Assembly: GCF_018977255.1 (NCBI RefSeq)
Contig: NW_024704742.1
Location: 131,814,001 to 131,878,000, forward strand
Reading direction: 5' to 3'
Length of the DNA: 64,000 nt
From: Callorhinchus milii
Taxonomy: Eukaryota
Made by a program: the position numbers and the translations under genes. The notes below the pieces were generated by a model that saw nothing but the letters and a program-made list of their open reading frames with translations, was not told the DNA's origin and made no database searches. This document shows, in pieces, positions 63,280 to 64,000 of the stretch; the first letter of the stretch is position 1; every line of letters starts with the position of its first letter.

Positions 63280-63500
63280 AAATGCAGCAGCCAGTTGCGC
63301 TATGTCCAAATAACTGTGGAGTAAGAAACCAATTTTTTGTTGGAGGGGCGCAGGGGGCGGGATTGTTGGCCAGGACAACAGGAGAAATTCCCTTCTCTTT
63401 TCAAGTGTTGTCATGGGATCTTTAACATCCACCTGTACAGGTAGATGGGACTTCATTTAATGTCTCATCCGCAGAACATCCCCACTACTAGCACTGCATC
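63280..63500 (-). mobile_element. Old Deu SINE fragment
   Basis: TTGGCCAGGACAAC...CATGGGATCTTTAACATCCACCTG...TTTAATGTCTCATCC. Confidence 0.75.
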
Positions 63501-64000
63501 TTAGACTAATTACCCACTGAGTAAAGAAAAGTTTCCCAGTGCTATCTTCAAATTGACGTTTGCAACTTTAAACCCATGTCAACTCTAAACCTACTCTTGG
63601 TGCATCGTAAAGTATAATTCCACGTTTATTTTTTCAATCCCATTTAACATTGTATACAAATTTATGAGGTCACCAAACTTTTTGTTTCTGCTGAATCCAG
63701 CTGAAACCCTCTTCGTACTAGAGATTGGTATGTGCACTGCTGTTTGTCCAGAAAGACCCATTAGGACAATGGCTCGGATGATTGTGAGAAATTGAATGGA
63801 ACAAATCTTTTTCCCCAGTCATTGTGCCTAGTATCAATACTCCAAGTCTCATTGATGAACCAAGCAAGCTTGCACAATCATCAGTGTTGGCCTGGTACAC
63901 CTGCCTCTATCGGATATTGCAACCACAAAATAGTGTTGCACTTTCCAATATACGCTATTACTTTATTTGTTTCCTGCCCTTCTTCGAAAGACATGCCATT

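Overview
Vertebrate non-coding DNA. The repeat content (SacSINE1/AmnSINE-type Deu SINEs, shark-type CR1 tails, a Penelope-type terminus) points to a cartilaginous fish, in a large intron or gene desert. No host protein-coding gene can be identified, and nearly all ORFs in the track are transposon fragments, their antisense shadows or noise. The window contains: (1) one near full-length CR1 LINE on the minus strand (~40431-44935) with an open ORF1 (Zn-finger/leucine zipper + SGNH fold) and an APE-RT ORF2 broken by small deletions; (2) many truncated CR1 and L2 pieces; (3) an old tRNA-Deu-L2-tail SINE family; (4) a composite tRNA/CORE-like/Deu/L2-tail SINE in an older long form and a very young short form; (5) AmnSINE2-like pieces, an unclassified repeat whose copies share one end, a minisatellite, and several repeat-free islands that look like conserved non-coding elements. 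Best leads: a canonical U_UUA_AAC -1 frameshift site in the CR1 ORF1/ORF2 overlap, where ORF2 has no usable AUG; two diverged CR1 copies with identical inactivating lesions; and the modular SINE, whose young form has a tail loop matching the local young L2. Coordinates were read by eye and are approximate for degenerate repeats. Family names come from recollection, not a database search.
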